Below are positions 37,531-50,327 of a stretch of DNA of 64,000 nt, one piece after another. The notes under the pieces were generated by a model. It saw nothing but the letters and a program-made list of their open reading frames with translations. It ran no database searches and was not told the origin of the DNA. Source of the stretch: Callorhinchus milii (lineage: Eukaryota); NCBI RefSeq assembly GCF_018977255.1, contig NW_024704743.1, positions 11,906,001 to 11,970,000 on the forward strand, given 5' to 3'. A program made the position numbers and the translations under genes. Within the stretch, counting starts at the first letter, position 1. Each line of letters opens with the position of its first letter.

Positions 37531-38384
37531 GTAAGCGCTTGTTGCTTTGGAGGCCAAATCTGGCAAATAATAATTCTTACATTTATAATAATAATAATCT
37601 TTACATTTGATATAGCAACTTTCACTTCAGGACGTCTCAAAGTGCTTTACAAAGTATACTGTAAAGTGAATTGTCGGTGTATTTTGTGGTGAAATTGCGC
37701 ACAGCAATGTCCCACAAATAAAGGTGTGTAGAATAAGGAAACTTGCCTAAGGTTTTGCCCCACCCAGGAATCAAACCTGGGTCCTATTGCTTGCGATATG
37801 TTAGCGACTTTTATGTCAGGTTGTCCCAAAGAGCTTCACAGGATATACTGTGAAGTTCAGTTAGTTATTATGTGTGTTTTGTGATGAACGCAGTAACCAA
37901 GTTTGCTCACACAGCAATGTCCCACAAGCAGCCACAAAGGGAGCGACCAATTTTACTTAGGGAATTGTTGGCCAGAACACTGGGAGATTCCCTTCCACAT
38001 GAAATAAGTTGCCGCAATAGTGGTTTAATTGAGTCGCTATCCCACCTGAAGGACCCTATACAAATGCTATAGAAAAGTTATTGTTTATTTGTTTATTGTT
38101 CATAATACGTGGGTGGTCGCCTTGAATGTAGCATGTCATGTCAGGAGGACGTCTCAAGGCACTTTCCATTCTATTGCCACACTAGACATTAACACTCTAA
38201 ACTCTTGACTGCCCACATTTTACCTCCTCCCCACCTCCCTCTTGAAGCATTGTAGCACTTTGTAATCCTCTACCTTGCGGATCTGTGTTTCTATATTTTT
38301 ATCTGTGAAGGGTCATCTGTATTTACTGTAGTGCCTGGTAGCGCAGGCAGGATATGGTAGCTGTACTCGAGCGTTGTCTCCATA

Positions 38385-38815
38385 ATAATCATTACATTTG
38401 GTATTGCACATTTCACGTCAGGAGGACATCTCAAAGTGCTTCACAGGATATACTGTAGTGACTTGCGTATTTGTAGGCGAACTTGGCAGCCAATTTATGC
38501 ATGACAATACTGTGCCACAAACAGCCTTGAAGTGAGTGACTCATTTTTTTAATCTGTGCTATTGGGTTATGACACAGAGTGAAACTCCCTTCTCTTTTCC
38601 GATAGTGGCTCAGGGATCTTTAAAGTCCATTTGAATGGGCAGACAGGATCTCTGCTTTTAACGTCTCATCCAAAGGACGACAATTCTTACCAATGGAATG
38701 CTCTCCCCTCTCCTTTCCAGCACTGCATTGGAGTGTTAGCCCATGTACTCAAAGTCTCAACATAGGGCTTGAACCTATAACTTTCTAATTAATGGCCCCG
38801 ATTGACTGAGCCTGA
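38385..38815 (-). mobile_element. Deu-domain SINE, near full length
   Basis: gggatctttaaagtccatttgaatgggcagacagg...cagcactgcattggagtgttagcc...gggcttgaacctataac. Confidence 0.8.
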
Positions 38816-41722
38816 CTTGGCTTTTAACTTATCACCTAACTTGGAACAGACCAAGCATTGATTCTGGGGTCATCCCTTGGTTTATGTTTCAGGAACACTG
38901 TATTAAGCAGGGCATTTAGTGTTAAGCATTTAGCAACCTCCAAGGGAGAAATAACTAAAAGTACAGCACAAACTCTCTACCATTGTTCCCTTATTGATAC
39001 CAGTGACCGTTAAACTCCTTGTAGAGTCAATATGGATTTGGTTTGGAAAGCGCTTACCCTTAGGAAAAAAAAGCATAGTTCTTTAGTGACCTTCGCTAAG
39101 GGCATTCTATTTTGAATAATTTACCAAAATGTTGGTGTTTATGTTGGGTTCTGGGAAATGAATAGAATAAAACCCACTTATTCTATTCAACCCAATTTTA
39201 ATAAAGGACCGAGAACAGAGGAACCAAAGACACTCAGCAACTTATGTTTGAAAATTTCTTTATTTATTATTATTATCCTTGCATTTGATATAGCACTTTT
39301 CACATCTTCTAGATGTTTCAAAGTGCTTCACAGAATATACTGTAAAGTTAATTGACTGTATGTTTGTGGGCGAAACGTGGCAGCCAATTGCGCACAGCAG
39401 TGTCCCACAAACAGTCATGGATTGAAGTGACCAATTTAAATCACACCATAATCTAGTTTACAACTTAGTCTGTCTTTATAATGTATGGTTTATGAGTTGG
39501 TTGGAACTACCCTGCTTCTAGGTTTAGTTGCAGCTATCTATTAAAACTTGGATATAGGTATCTAATCCACTCAGGGTTGTATAAATAGAAAAACAAATAT
39601 GCATACAACAGATGAGTATCGCAACACTTCAACATTGTCATCAGTCACTTTAAAATGAAGTAAAGTTTGTTAGTTCAAATATCACAATACAACAGACAAG
39701 TCAATAGCATAGACACATGTCTGTATCAAAGTAAATAAAGCAATAATTGCTTAGTCCATAAATCATACAAATCTTGCTTCTTTGATGGAGTCAGTTGATA
39801 AAAGTCCTGATAAAAGTGATTAAAAAAAAACAGCAGGAAAAAGTCTTGCAGCAATGGAAAGTCTCATGATTCAGACCCGAAATCTCTTGCTTGGGTATTT
39901 TGATCACAAGGTCAAAGTTGATGATGGACAGCTGAGCTGTGTACTTTATTCGACAGTTGTCATACCTTGCTAATACTTTCGACAGTTGTTATATGTTCTT
40001 CTCCTCCCATTAAGTTGAAAACGATTTCTGAAGTTCTGGAATTTCTGTAGTCTTCCTTCTTCCCGAAATTGCTGGAGTTAATGAAAGTTGATGAAACAAT
40101 GGAGTAGTCTAAGTCTGCGGATTTTAACCCCGAAGACAACACATTGGCTTCACTAATTCATATCGTCACATGAAAGATGGCTTTTTGTGTGGATGGCACC
40201 TGATATGCTATGTCATAGGCTGAACAAAGTATAGTTTGGCCCTTCCATCTTTTATAATCGATTTTCCACAGGCAAAACAAGAATAAACAATCTTTCCTTT
40301 CTCAGGTACATGAAGCAATTATCTCACATAAAAAGAATAATAAAAATACAATCTGCAGAATTGTTATTACACCTGCAGATTTGTTATTGTTATAGAAGAA
40401 CATGAATTGTTATAAAACTTGAATTGTTAAAGAAAACATCTTTTAACACAAACATGAATTTGTTATGGGGAAAAACCTCTTCAGCCACCTCATCGTTAAC
40501 ACAACAATAATTAAAAGATGAATTTGATATGGACAAACTTCTTCAACATTCATAAACAAGTCATCTTAACATTTTTCTGGTTACATCATCATTTTTAATC
40601 ATTAATCAAAATGGTTCTTTTAACTACATGGGTTAACATATATTCACAATTTCAGTTAGGAAGAAGGATCACAACGTTCAGACTCTTGTAAAGAAATTTG
40701 TTTTAATCTGAGTGCATGCAGAGCAGAGTTTGTCGAAATCAATCTAATTTCCCCAAAAATACACAGTTCGATCACTTTACAGTTTATCCTGTGAAGTGCT
40801 TTGAGACATCTCAACATGATAAATCGCTATATAAAATGCAAGGATTATTGTTATAATTGATAATAAAAATCGCCACTCTTTAATTGCAGTAACTCACTGT
40901 TTCATTTATGGAAAACCATTGTGAGGCTAAACTGGTGAAATAATTAGTCCTGCGATACCTTTACTTGTGAAATGGTTGCACCAAACCTGAGATTAGCAAT
41001 TATAGAATTGACAATGCAGAAGGAGGCCATTCAGTCTATTGAGTCTGCACCGGCTCTCAGAGCAAACTGGCCATCTTGAAACCCACAGTGGCCTCTACCA
41101 CCTTACTTGACACTGTGATGCCAAGGAAGGAGTCCCAACTCTGTGTGAAACAATTAACTTCAGCTCTCCTTTCACTTTTGTAACAATCTTATATCTATGC
41201 CCTCCAGTCACTGACTCCCCTACCAGTAGAATATCTTCCCTCTGTTCACCCTATCAAAACCTTTCATAGTTTTGTGCATCTCTATTGGGTTCCCTCTCAA
41301 CTTTCTCTGCTCCAATGCAAACAGACCCAACTTATCCAGTTTCTCCTCATAACGACATGTCAGGCTAAAAGTTTCAGTATAAAATCAGTAACCTTTTCCC
41401 TATGGGTCTTCATGTTTGTCTTCTTCTGTAAGGGTGTGTGGTTAAATCTGTGCACATCCGGGCCAAAGTTTCTTTCTCCTGCATGTGAAAATTTGAGTCT
41501 GTTTTTAACAGCGGCAACATATAGATAATATTATAACATAGAATCAAGGAAATTGCAGCACAGAAGGAGGCCCTTTGGTTTTTTATCTTATGCTAGTACA
41601 AGTTATCCCTCAAATCCCAATTCCTTTCTCTTCCATATTGCAGTGCTAACTTCACCACTGGAACTATCTTCTGTAATATGAGTTCCTCTATGGAGCCATC
41701 TATTCTAATTGCAATTCCTTAT

Positions 41723-42372
41723 GTGGAGTTCTGTAGTGTAGTGGTTAGAGTACTGGTCTCGCAAGCAAGTGGACCCGGGTCCGATTCCTGGGTGAGGCAA
41801 AACCTTAGGAAAGTCTCCTTACTCTACACTCCTCTGTTCACCCAGCAGTAGGTAGGAAATGGTTGTTAGTTGATTGGTGGATTGAGGGTAATCATCCCTC
41901 AAAAAAATGGTCACTCAATCGATTGTTTGTGGAACACTGCTGTGTACAATTGGCTGCTGCATTTCACCTACAAAATACACAGTCAATCTGCTTTACAGGA
42001 TGTCCTATAGCTTAGTGGTTCGAGCACTCGCCTCGCAAGTGAGAGGACCTGGGTTCGATTCCCACCAGGGTGAAATATTGGGCAAGTTTACTTACTCCAC
42101 ACGCCTCTGTTTACCTAGCAATAAGTAGGAACTTGGTTGTTAGTCGATTAGCGGATCGCTTTTCTGGGGGAAATAATTTGTTCAAAATAAATTTTAAATA
42201 ATTTGGTCATTAATTTGGTCACGGATGTTTGTGGGACATTGCTGTGCGCAATTGGCTACCACGTTTTGCCCACAAAATATGCAGTCAATTCACTTTACAA
42301 TATATTCTGTTAAGCGCTTTGAGATGTCTTGAAGAATTGATAAGGCCTATATCAAATGCAAGGATTATTATT
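41723..42372 (+). mobile_element. Two tandem long-form tRNA SINEs (about 41723-41997 and 41998-42372)
   Basis: Two heads and two CORE-like middles; the second has a complete tail. Confidence 0.85.
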
Positions 42373-42574
42373 AATTTATAACGCCCTTCACGCCTACCAT
42401 GTGTGACTGGTGCTATATAATGGCAAGTTGTTGTAGAATAAAAATAATAAACCTATTCCATTGAAGGGGATGGAACTTGCCTAGGGATGTTGGTTGACTC
42501 ATCGTTCACTGTGTCTCAAATTGTGTGAGGCAGTGATCACCACAATTCACAGGAAGCTGGTCTATATTGACAAA

Positions 42575-42887
42575 AGTCATGTGGCTCAGTGGTTAGAGCA
42601 CTCGCCTTGCAAGCGAGACACCTGGGCTCAATTCCAGGCAGGGTGAAACCTTGGGCAAGTTTCCTTACTCCATATGCCTGATAATAATCCCTCCAAAACA
42701 AAACAATAATAAATTGGTCATTTTCAATCCACAACTGTTTGTAGGACACTGCTGTGCACAATTGGCTGCCGCGTTTCGCCCACAAATATACGGTCAATTC
42801 ATTTTACAGCATATTCTGTGAAGCGCTTTGAGACGTCGAGAAGACTTGAAAAGCGCTATATCAAATGTAAGGATTATTATTATTATT
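42575..42887 (+). mobile_element. Short-form SINE, older variant
   Basis: ctccatatgcctgataataatccctcc deletion junction; complete tail. Confidence 0.88.
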
Positions 42888-45800
42888 AAAACAATGCGGT
42901 TCACTGTCCTAGAAGATGTGCTCCAACTGTACACGTTAATGCTGATAATAATAAATTAATAGTACAATTTACATTTGAAACAACGCCTTTCACGTCGGTA
43001 GGACGTCTCAAAGTGCGTCAAAGGATATATTGTAAAGTGTAGTGACTGTGTGCTTTGTAGGCGGAGTTATGCCACAAATGGAGCACCTCAAATAGTTCCA
43101 GTCAGTATCACATGGGTGGGGGCAGGGGCGTTGTGAAGGCAGTGGAGAGGAGAAACCAACGATACCCGGTGTTGGGCAGAATGATTAGGCGTCTCAGTGC
43201 GTGGGTGGTTTGGGGAGGGGGATATTTTTTCGATAGGACTGAATTAAAGATTTTTCCATGATTCTTTCTGCTTGGATCATGTGTTTTAAAGAGCAGGCCC
43301 TCCTCTTCACCCCTTTCCACTCACTTTTAAAGCCTACCTTGAGACCTTTCTTTTCAAACATAGAACATAAAAACATAAAAAGAGGGTCACCTTTTCCCCC
43401 TCTTCGCCCCTCCCCATCTTCCTCAACTACGCCCCCCCCCCTCCCCACACACGCACATGCATCTACAACCAGGCATCAAACAGTCAGCAGTGTGATACCT
43501 TTTAAGACGTCCTCCCAATGTGAAAAGACATACAATGTAAATTGTTGGTTCTTTTGAAGAACTGTGAATGTGTATTTCCCAAGTTAAGTGAATTTAAGAA
43601 GTTCTCAAAATTGTGTCCAAGCTTAAACTTTTAAGACAGCGGTCTTACAGCTAAAACCTTGATATGTTTACATATGCACTTGGCGGGGGGAGGAAGCAGG
43701 AAAATAATCTGTGGCTGGTGAACATGGGGTAACAAAAGACTTTGTAGACACCCCTCAAAATGTCCACTTAATTAATGATAATTGTTGCAATTGATGTCGC
43801 GCCTTTCACATCGGGAGGACGTCTCAAAGCGCTTTCCAGGTTTTGGAAAGCGTAGTGACTGTATTTTGTAAACGAATGCAGCAGGATTTGAAGGCAGATA
43901 GAGAGGGGGTGAGCCGGAGATGTGAATGGAGGGAGTTACAGAGCTTAGGGATAGCCAATTGGAGTGTTGCGAGCGAGGATGTGTAATGAGATTGCTGAGG
44001 ATTATTTGTGCCTCTCAGATTATAATTGTGGAGCAGGAGTTTTTATTTTTAATGTATGTTTGGGCTTTTCCAATCCGCTAGGGAAACGAGATACTTTGTG
44101 TCTGGACCCTCCGCAGAGCGGAAGAGGAGAATGTTAATCCTTTGGGTGTGGCAAGGCGTGGCTGTGGTTTGATGAAATGATAAACCTGATTCCGAGAGGA
44201 TAACGGGTCTTTAGATAAATAGGCAAAGCGTGAAGCTAATTGAGCAATGTCGCAGCAACGTTTGAACACTGCAGGAGCCCTAACATTAGCGGAGGATCAG
44301 CTGTGACTGAGGAGCCTAACATCCATAATGGGCTCTCCTGATAGTTCAACAACAATTTGCATTTATATAGCGCCGCCCTGCCACAGGATAGCTTCTGAAA
44401 GTTCAGTGAATTTATATTATCGAGTGCATAGTTAAGTCGCCCAGACTGGATGGTAATAATTACATACAGTATAGCATCTCATCACAGTATAGCACCTTAT
44501 ACACTATAGGACCTTATACAGTATAGCACTTTATACAATATACAAGTTTGCCACAGTTATATAACTATATGCGACTGGTATACTGGCAGCATGATGACTT
44601 CAATGGTAGTGACAAATTAAGCCAGGGTTGAGTTATCAGGCATTTACTGTATATATTAATTATTATAATGGGAATTAGGGAGAGAGGGGGAGGGAGGTCA
44701 GGGTCACTAACATGATATCTATTGTATGTTTATCTGTGTGTTTGTCTATATATACATACTATAGATACTAAAAAAAATCATTTCTTTTAGACTCATTAGA
44801 CATTGTAATGGTATTGTGACTTTTTGGTCACCCTGTCTGTGTGTGTGTATATATATATATTATTGTTCTCTTGTTACCCCTCCCCATGCAGAAGAACACC
44901 AGTGAGAGTGGAGAGACCTGGCTTGCAGTGCTTTCTGCAGTCAGTTATCTGGCCAAAGCTCATGCATGAATGATAACCATATGGGCGAGGTCCCCCCACG
45001 GGGGAGGGTGGGGGAGAGATCAGCGAGCGACTGCCTAATAGAAGCAAAGGAAAGGGAGGGGATTGACGAGCAGAAAAGAAAACAAAATTGTCATTTTGGG
45101 TTATTTTAAACAAAAATTGGAATATAATGGGAGAAAAGCAAACAATGTTTTTAAAGGGCGAAAAAAATACAAAACCTACGTTCCATCCCATCCCCCCTCA
45201 GTCGAATGCTTCACCAGACAGTTCTGTGATTGTAATTCCCTCTTGAGTTTCCTGACACAATCTGCTCACTGGGTGGCCCAGGTCCCTTGTACACGCCTCT
45301 CGCTCTCTTTCTTTCTATGAGGTAATCGAGTGTGAACTGTCTGCCTTCCCTCATCCGTCTGACCTTCACCCCACCCCCCAGTTCCAGATCTCCAGACCGT
45401 GTTAACCTTAGGGATCCCTTTATCTATTCCCCACCCCCGCTCCCTCCCATCGCAAGCACAATCCTCGTCCTTCTAGGATCTGGATTATTCGGGCACTTAA
45501 TCAATGTGGTAGAAATTGGGATCTGCAGCCTGCGTCTCGCACAATTCCTGAGTAGCGATGTTCTATTCCTTAATGAGCCTGAGCTGTCTGATTATAGAAG
45601 TAGCACATGACCGACTGACTGTTGCTGTAAACACTGGGATGTAGGCTGGACAGACCGGTCCGTCTGCAAAGCAGCAAGCGCTCTATTTACAAGGCCTCTG
45701 AACAGAATTGCAACAGTCAAAGCAGGGTTGGTTTTTCTTTCCTTCCGCCTTCTTTCTCTCCCTCCTTCCCAATTTATGAAGAGTAGCTGATATCTGGGAA

Positions 45801-47933
45801 GATGTTTTCTTTCATGGAACAAAACTTATTTTTGTGTTTAAAAGTCGCACAAGATCTAAAAGTCCCTCTTTTATTGGGGTGGGTGGAAGGATGGCAAATG
45901 GCACTGTAAGTCACTCCTCTGACTCCAAGATGATACCCTTCGTGAGGAGCGCTATATAAATACATGTTTTTGTTTCTGCTGTTGCTTATTGATCGGTTTG
46001 GAACTCGTATATTCTAAGCTAAGTATAAGCACTCCAAGACACCGTCCGGTATGAAGGATGCTATGTAAATGCTTGTTGTTGTTGTAGCTAACACTCCAAT
46101 GCGATGCAGGGGATGTGTTTCATTGTTGGCAGGTGTTGCCATTTGAAACATTAAACTAACAGTGTGAGTGAACATTAAAGATCCCATGGCACTATTTGAA
46201 AAGAGAAGAGAGTTTCTCCTTGTGCCTTGGGCAACAATCCCCCAAATAAAATTGGTCACTTGAATCATGGCTGTCTGTGGGGCCTTGCTGTGCACATATT
46301 GTCTGTCATGTTTGCCCACAAAATACACAGTCACTCCACTTTAAGGTGAATCCTGTGAAGTGCTTTGGGACATCCTCCCAAAGTGATAGGTGTTGTATCA
46401 AATATAAAGATTATTATTATTATTTTGCTGTCATGTATTATATGAAAAATAACCCTTGCATTTGATACAGCTCCTTTCACATCGGGAGGAGGAATCAAAG
46501 CACTTCACAGGATTTATTGTGAAGTATAGTGATCATGTATTATGTAGGTGAACACGGAGGCGAATTTGCGCACATATTCAGGGGATTTCTGAAGTAATAA
46601 TTGGGAGTTGTCCTCTGAGAGAGGGTAAATTACAAATGCTATGGGGAATTTTCAACCAAGGCAATGGTCTTAACATAGACCATTGAACAATAAGAAGTTT
46701 CAGGTGTTGGTAATGGGATCTGTCAAGGAGAGCAGTGCAGCAGGAATTTGCTTTCATATGACTTTGTCCTTTAGGTTCCCCAGAAGTGTGGTTTGGTGGG
46801 CAAATGCACCAGCTTATTTGCCAAAACAGTGCCTCACAAAACAGCCACAAAATGAATGGCCCAATTTATCTGGGGGAATTGTCAGCCAGGATACTGGGAA
46901 AAGCTCCCTTATCTTTCGATAGCGCTCCGGGACCTCAGTTTAATATTGTTTAACGTCTTATCTGAAGGATCAATTATAGGACACCTTAATTAAAGGATCT
47001 CATCTGAAGGATCCATAACTTAAAAAATGATAAGTAAGACAAGGTCAGGAAGTATTTTTAAAGGTTGTGATGATGTGGAATACTAATTGAAAATGTGGAA
47101 CACTACCCCTGAAAGCAGTAGCGGCAGAATCGGCGTGATATTTAAGAGAGAGATGAACAGATACTTGGGTAGTAGAGGTATTACGAGGTATGGTGACAAG
47201 GCAGGGCCATTGGGATTAAAATATCAGCTAATATCTAATCAATGGGGGAACTGGCTCGATGGGCTGAATGGCTTCCTATTTTCCTAAATGTCTGGTATCA
47301 AATAGCTCTTAACAATCTCGATTGTGGGCCCTCTTGTCCTCCTGCCTTTTTTAAAAGAAACATTTACTTCCTTAATCCTATTTAGAGTCTTTTGTACCTC
47401 TCCTCTAACGGCCTTTTCATAGTCAAAGAGCCCCAGCTCATCTGGTCAATCCTTGTAGCTCATCCCTCCCTCTAACCCAGTTACTAATGAGCAGGGAGTT
47501 GGTAAGCTCGCTCAGTCTACAGACGTGGCTGGTTTGGAGGCGGAGGAGGAAGGAGCTGACACAAATTAGTATTTGTTTTGTACTCGTCTGTGAGCACTTA
47601 CGTTTTGCTTTTATTTATGGATGTGCAGTAGGTTATAAAATAATTATCCTTGTATTTTGTACAGCGCCTATTAACATCTCAAAGCAGCAAAGCGTCATAA
47701 GGTAATTACTGAAAAATGTAGGGAATAAGTGTTTTGTAGGCGAATGCGGCAGCCAGTTTGTGCACAGCCATGGAGTGATTGACCAATTTTATTTGGGGGA
47801 TTGTTCATGGGAGCCACCAGGGAGTGAGAAACACCTTTCTCTTTTTGAATAGAGCCCCGGGATATTTGACATCCACCTGAACAGGCAGATGGATGGGACC
47901 TCTATTTAAAGTCTCATCTGAATAACAGTAATA

Positions 47934-48306
47934 AGCCCTGTAGCCCGCTGGTTAGAGCACTCGGCTCGCACGCAAGAGGACCTGGTTTGATTCCCGGGCA
48001 GTCCAAAATGTTAGACACGTTTCCTTACTCCACACGCTCCTGTTTACCTAGAAGCAAGTAGGAACTCGATTGTTAGTCGATTGGCAGATCACTTTTCAGG
48101 GCGTAATATTCCCTTTAAAAGAAAAAAATAATAATTTGGTCACTCAATCCACGACTGTTTGTGGACACTGCTGTCCCCATTTGGCTGCTGCGTTTGCCCA
48201 CAAAATATACAGTCAATTCACTTTATAGTATATTCTGTGAAATGCTTTGAGATGTCTTGAAGATGTGATAAGGCGCTATATCAAATGCAAGGATTATTAT
48301 ATTATT
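47934..48306 (+). mobile_element. Long-form tRNA SINE
   Basis: Head, CORE-like middle and tail all visible. Confidence 0.85.
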
Positions 48307-48781
48307 AGTCCAGTGCTTCCCCAGCCCTGGCTGTCTGACTCCCAACTGTTTAATACCAAGTAAAATGCATGGATTTTGAGCTGAACTCGACCTGGGCTGA
48401 GACCCCATCAGTGGCAATGTCATCCTAAGTCTAGCAGGGAAAACAGTAACAGTGTGGTCAAACAAGGACCCCTGTGTGTGAGAGACAAGCGCCACAGGGG
48501 TCAGGTATTCATTATATTTGCTGTGGCTTGAGGCATCTACCTGACTGGCAGAGAGAGCTCTGTGCTCAGGCTGCTTCAGGGCCCCCATTTAACCCACTAC
48601 ACCATCGGCCATTCAGCACCCCCTCTCGCTCTCTGGAATTCCTTTCTGGATTCCCTCTGCCTCATCCGCTCCATCTTTTCCTCCGCACCCTTAAAGCCCA
48701 CCTTAAGACGTTTCTTTTTATGACGTTGCGAGCACATGACAGCGATTTTGGTCATGTGCTCCCATCGTCCTGTAGTTGTTG

Positions 48782-49078
48782 AGGAGTCCTGTAGCTCAGT
48801 GGTTAGAACATTGTCTCGCAAGCGAGAGACCTGGGTTTGATTCCCGCAGGACGAAACCTTGGACAAGTTTCCTTACTCCACATGCCTGATAATAATCCCT
48901 CAAGAAAAACATATCTGATAAAGGTAGCCACTTGAATCAATGACTGTTTGTGGGACACTGCTGTGACGAATTGGCTGCCACATTTCACCCACAAATACGC
49001 TGTCAATTCTGTGAAGCGCTTTGAGACATCTAGAAGATGTGAAAAGCGCTATATCAAATGAAAGGATTATTATTATAT
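48782..49078 (+). mobile_element. Short-form SINE, older variant
   Basis: ggagtcctgtagctcagtggttag...ctccacatgcctgataataatccctc. Confidence 0.85.
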
Positions 49079-50327
49079 TTATTATTATAATACTAATCCT
49101 TGCATTTGATATAGTACTTTATCATGTCATCAAGAGTCTCAAAGCACTTCACAGGATATACGATAAAGTGTAGTGACTGTGTATTTAGTGGGCGAAAGCA
49201 GCAGTCAATTTGCGGAAGGCAGTGTCCCCCAAACAGCCACAGAGTGAATGACCACACTTTATTTAGGGGATTGTTGGCCAGGCCACTGGGAATGAGAAAC
49301 TCTCTTTTCTTTTTAAATAGTGCCCTGGGATCTTTAACGTCAACCTGAACAGGCAGTCAAGACCTCGGTTTAACATCTCATCTGAAGTAATGTAAAATTA
49401 TTGTTGTGGCAGAGCAGAGGGAAGCGGTATCTGATCTGAATTAGAGGAGGAAGTGTGTGTTACCGTAAGCACTCTTAAAATTAACATTTCAAATCCTTTC
49501 TGTAAACACTTCCACTGTTGGTACCTGCAGCACCACATAGGGGTCTAATGTATTCTGTTAGGTGAAGTGCTAACCTGAGCCACCTCAGTAGGTCATGAGA
49601 GGTGAGAATGAGGTCAGCGATGTGTGAAAATTACTGGGGGGCAGGGGGGTGGCTGGGGCACAGCCACACTGTAAAACTCCATCTATCCACAGACGCCCGC
49701 TTGGCTCTCCAGGTATTTGGAAATTGCTAATCACCCAGGCTTATGCTGACAAAGGATCTCAAATTAATGCTTCTAACTGTTTGGTAATTTCCATGGTGAC
49801 AAATTTTATTTGGGCAATTGTTGGGCAGGACATCGGGAGAAACTCCCTTCTCTTTTTGAATAGTGGCCGTGGATCTTTAACAATCACCTGAACAGGCAGA
49901 CGGGACCTTGATTTTAACGTCTCATCTGAAGAACGGCAGCTCTAACAGCACTGCCTAACCTCAGCATTGCATTGGAGTGTCATTTGCCGATTAATTTGGT
50001 GATTTGGATACCACTGACCCCAATCTCTTCCTCCCAACCCAATCTCCCAATTGACTCAGGCTCCCACTCCACTTCTGTCAATCACTTTGGAGACAATTAG
50101 CAAAGTGAGAGGCGTTATACAAGTGTGCAGTGATCCAATCTATTTGAAAAGAGAAAGGAGTTTCTCCCGGTGTCTGGATAAAATCGGTCACTAACTTCAT
50201 AGCGGTTTGTGAGACATTGTTGTGTGCATATATTGGTTGCAACATCTGCCTACAAATATGGAGTTACTGTACTGTACAGTAAATCCTGTGACGAAATTTT
50301 GAGACGTTTCAGCGAGGTGATAAGCTG

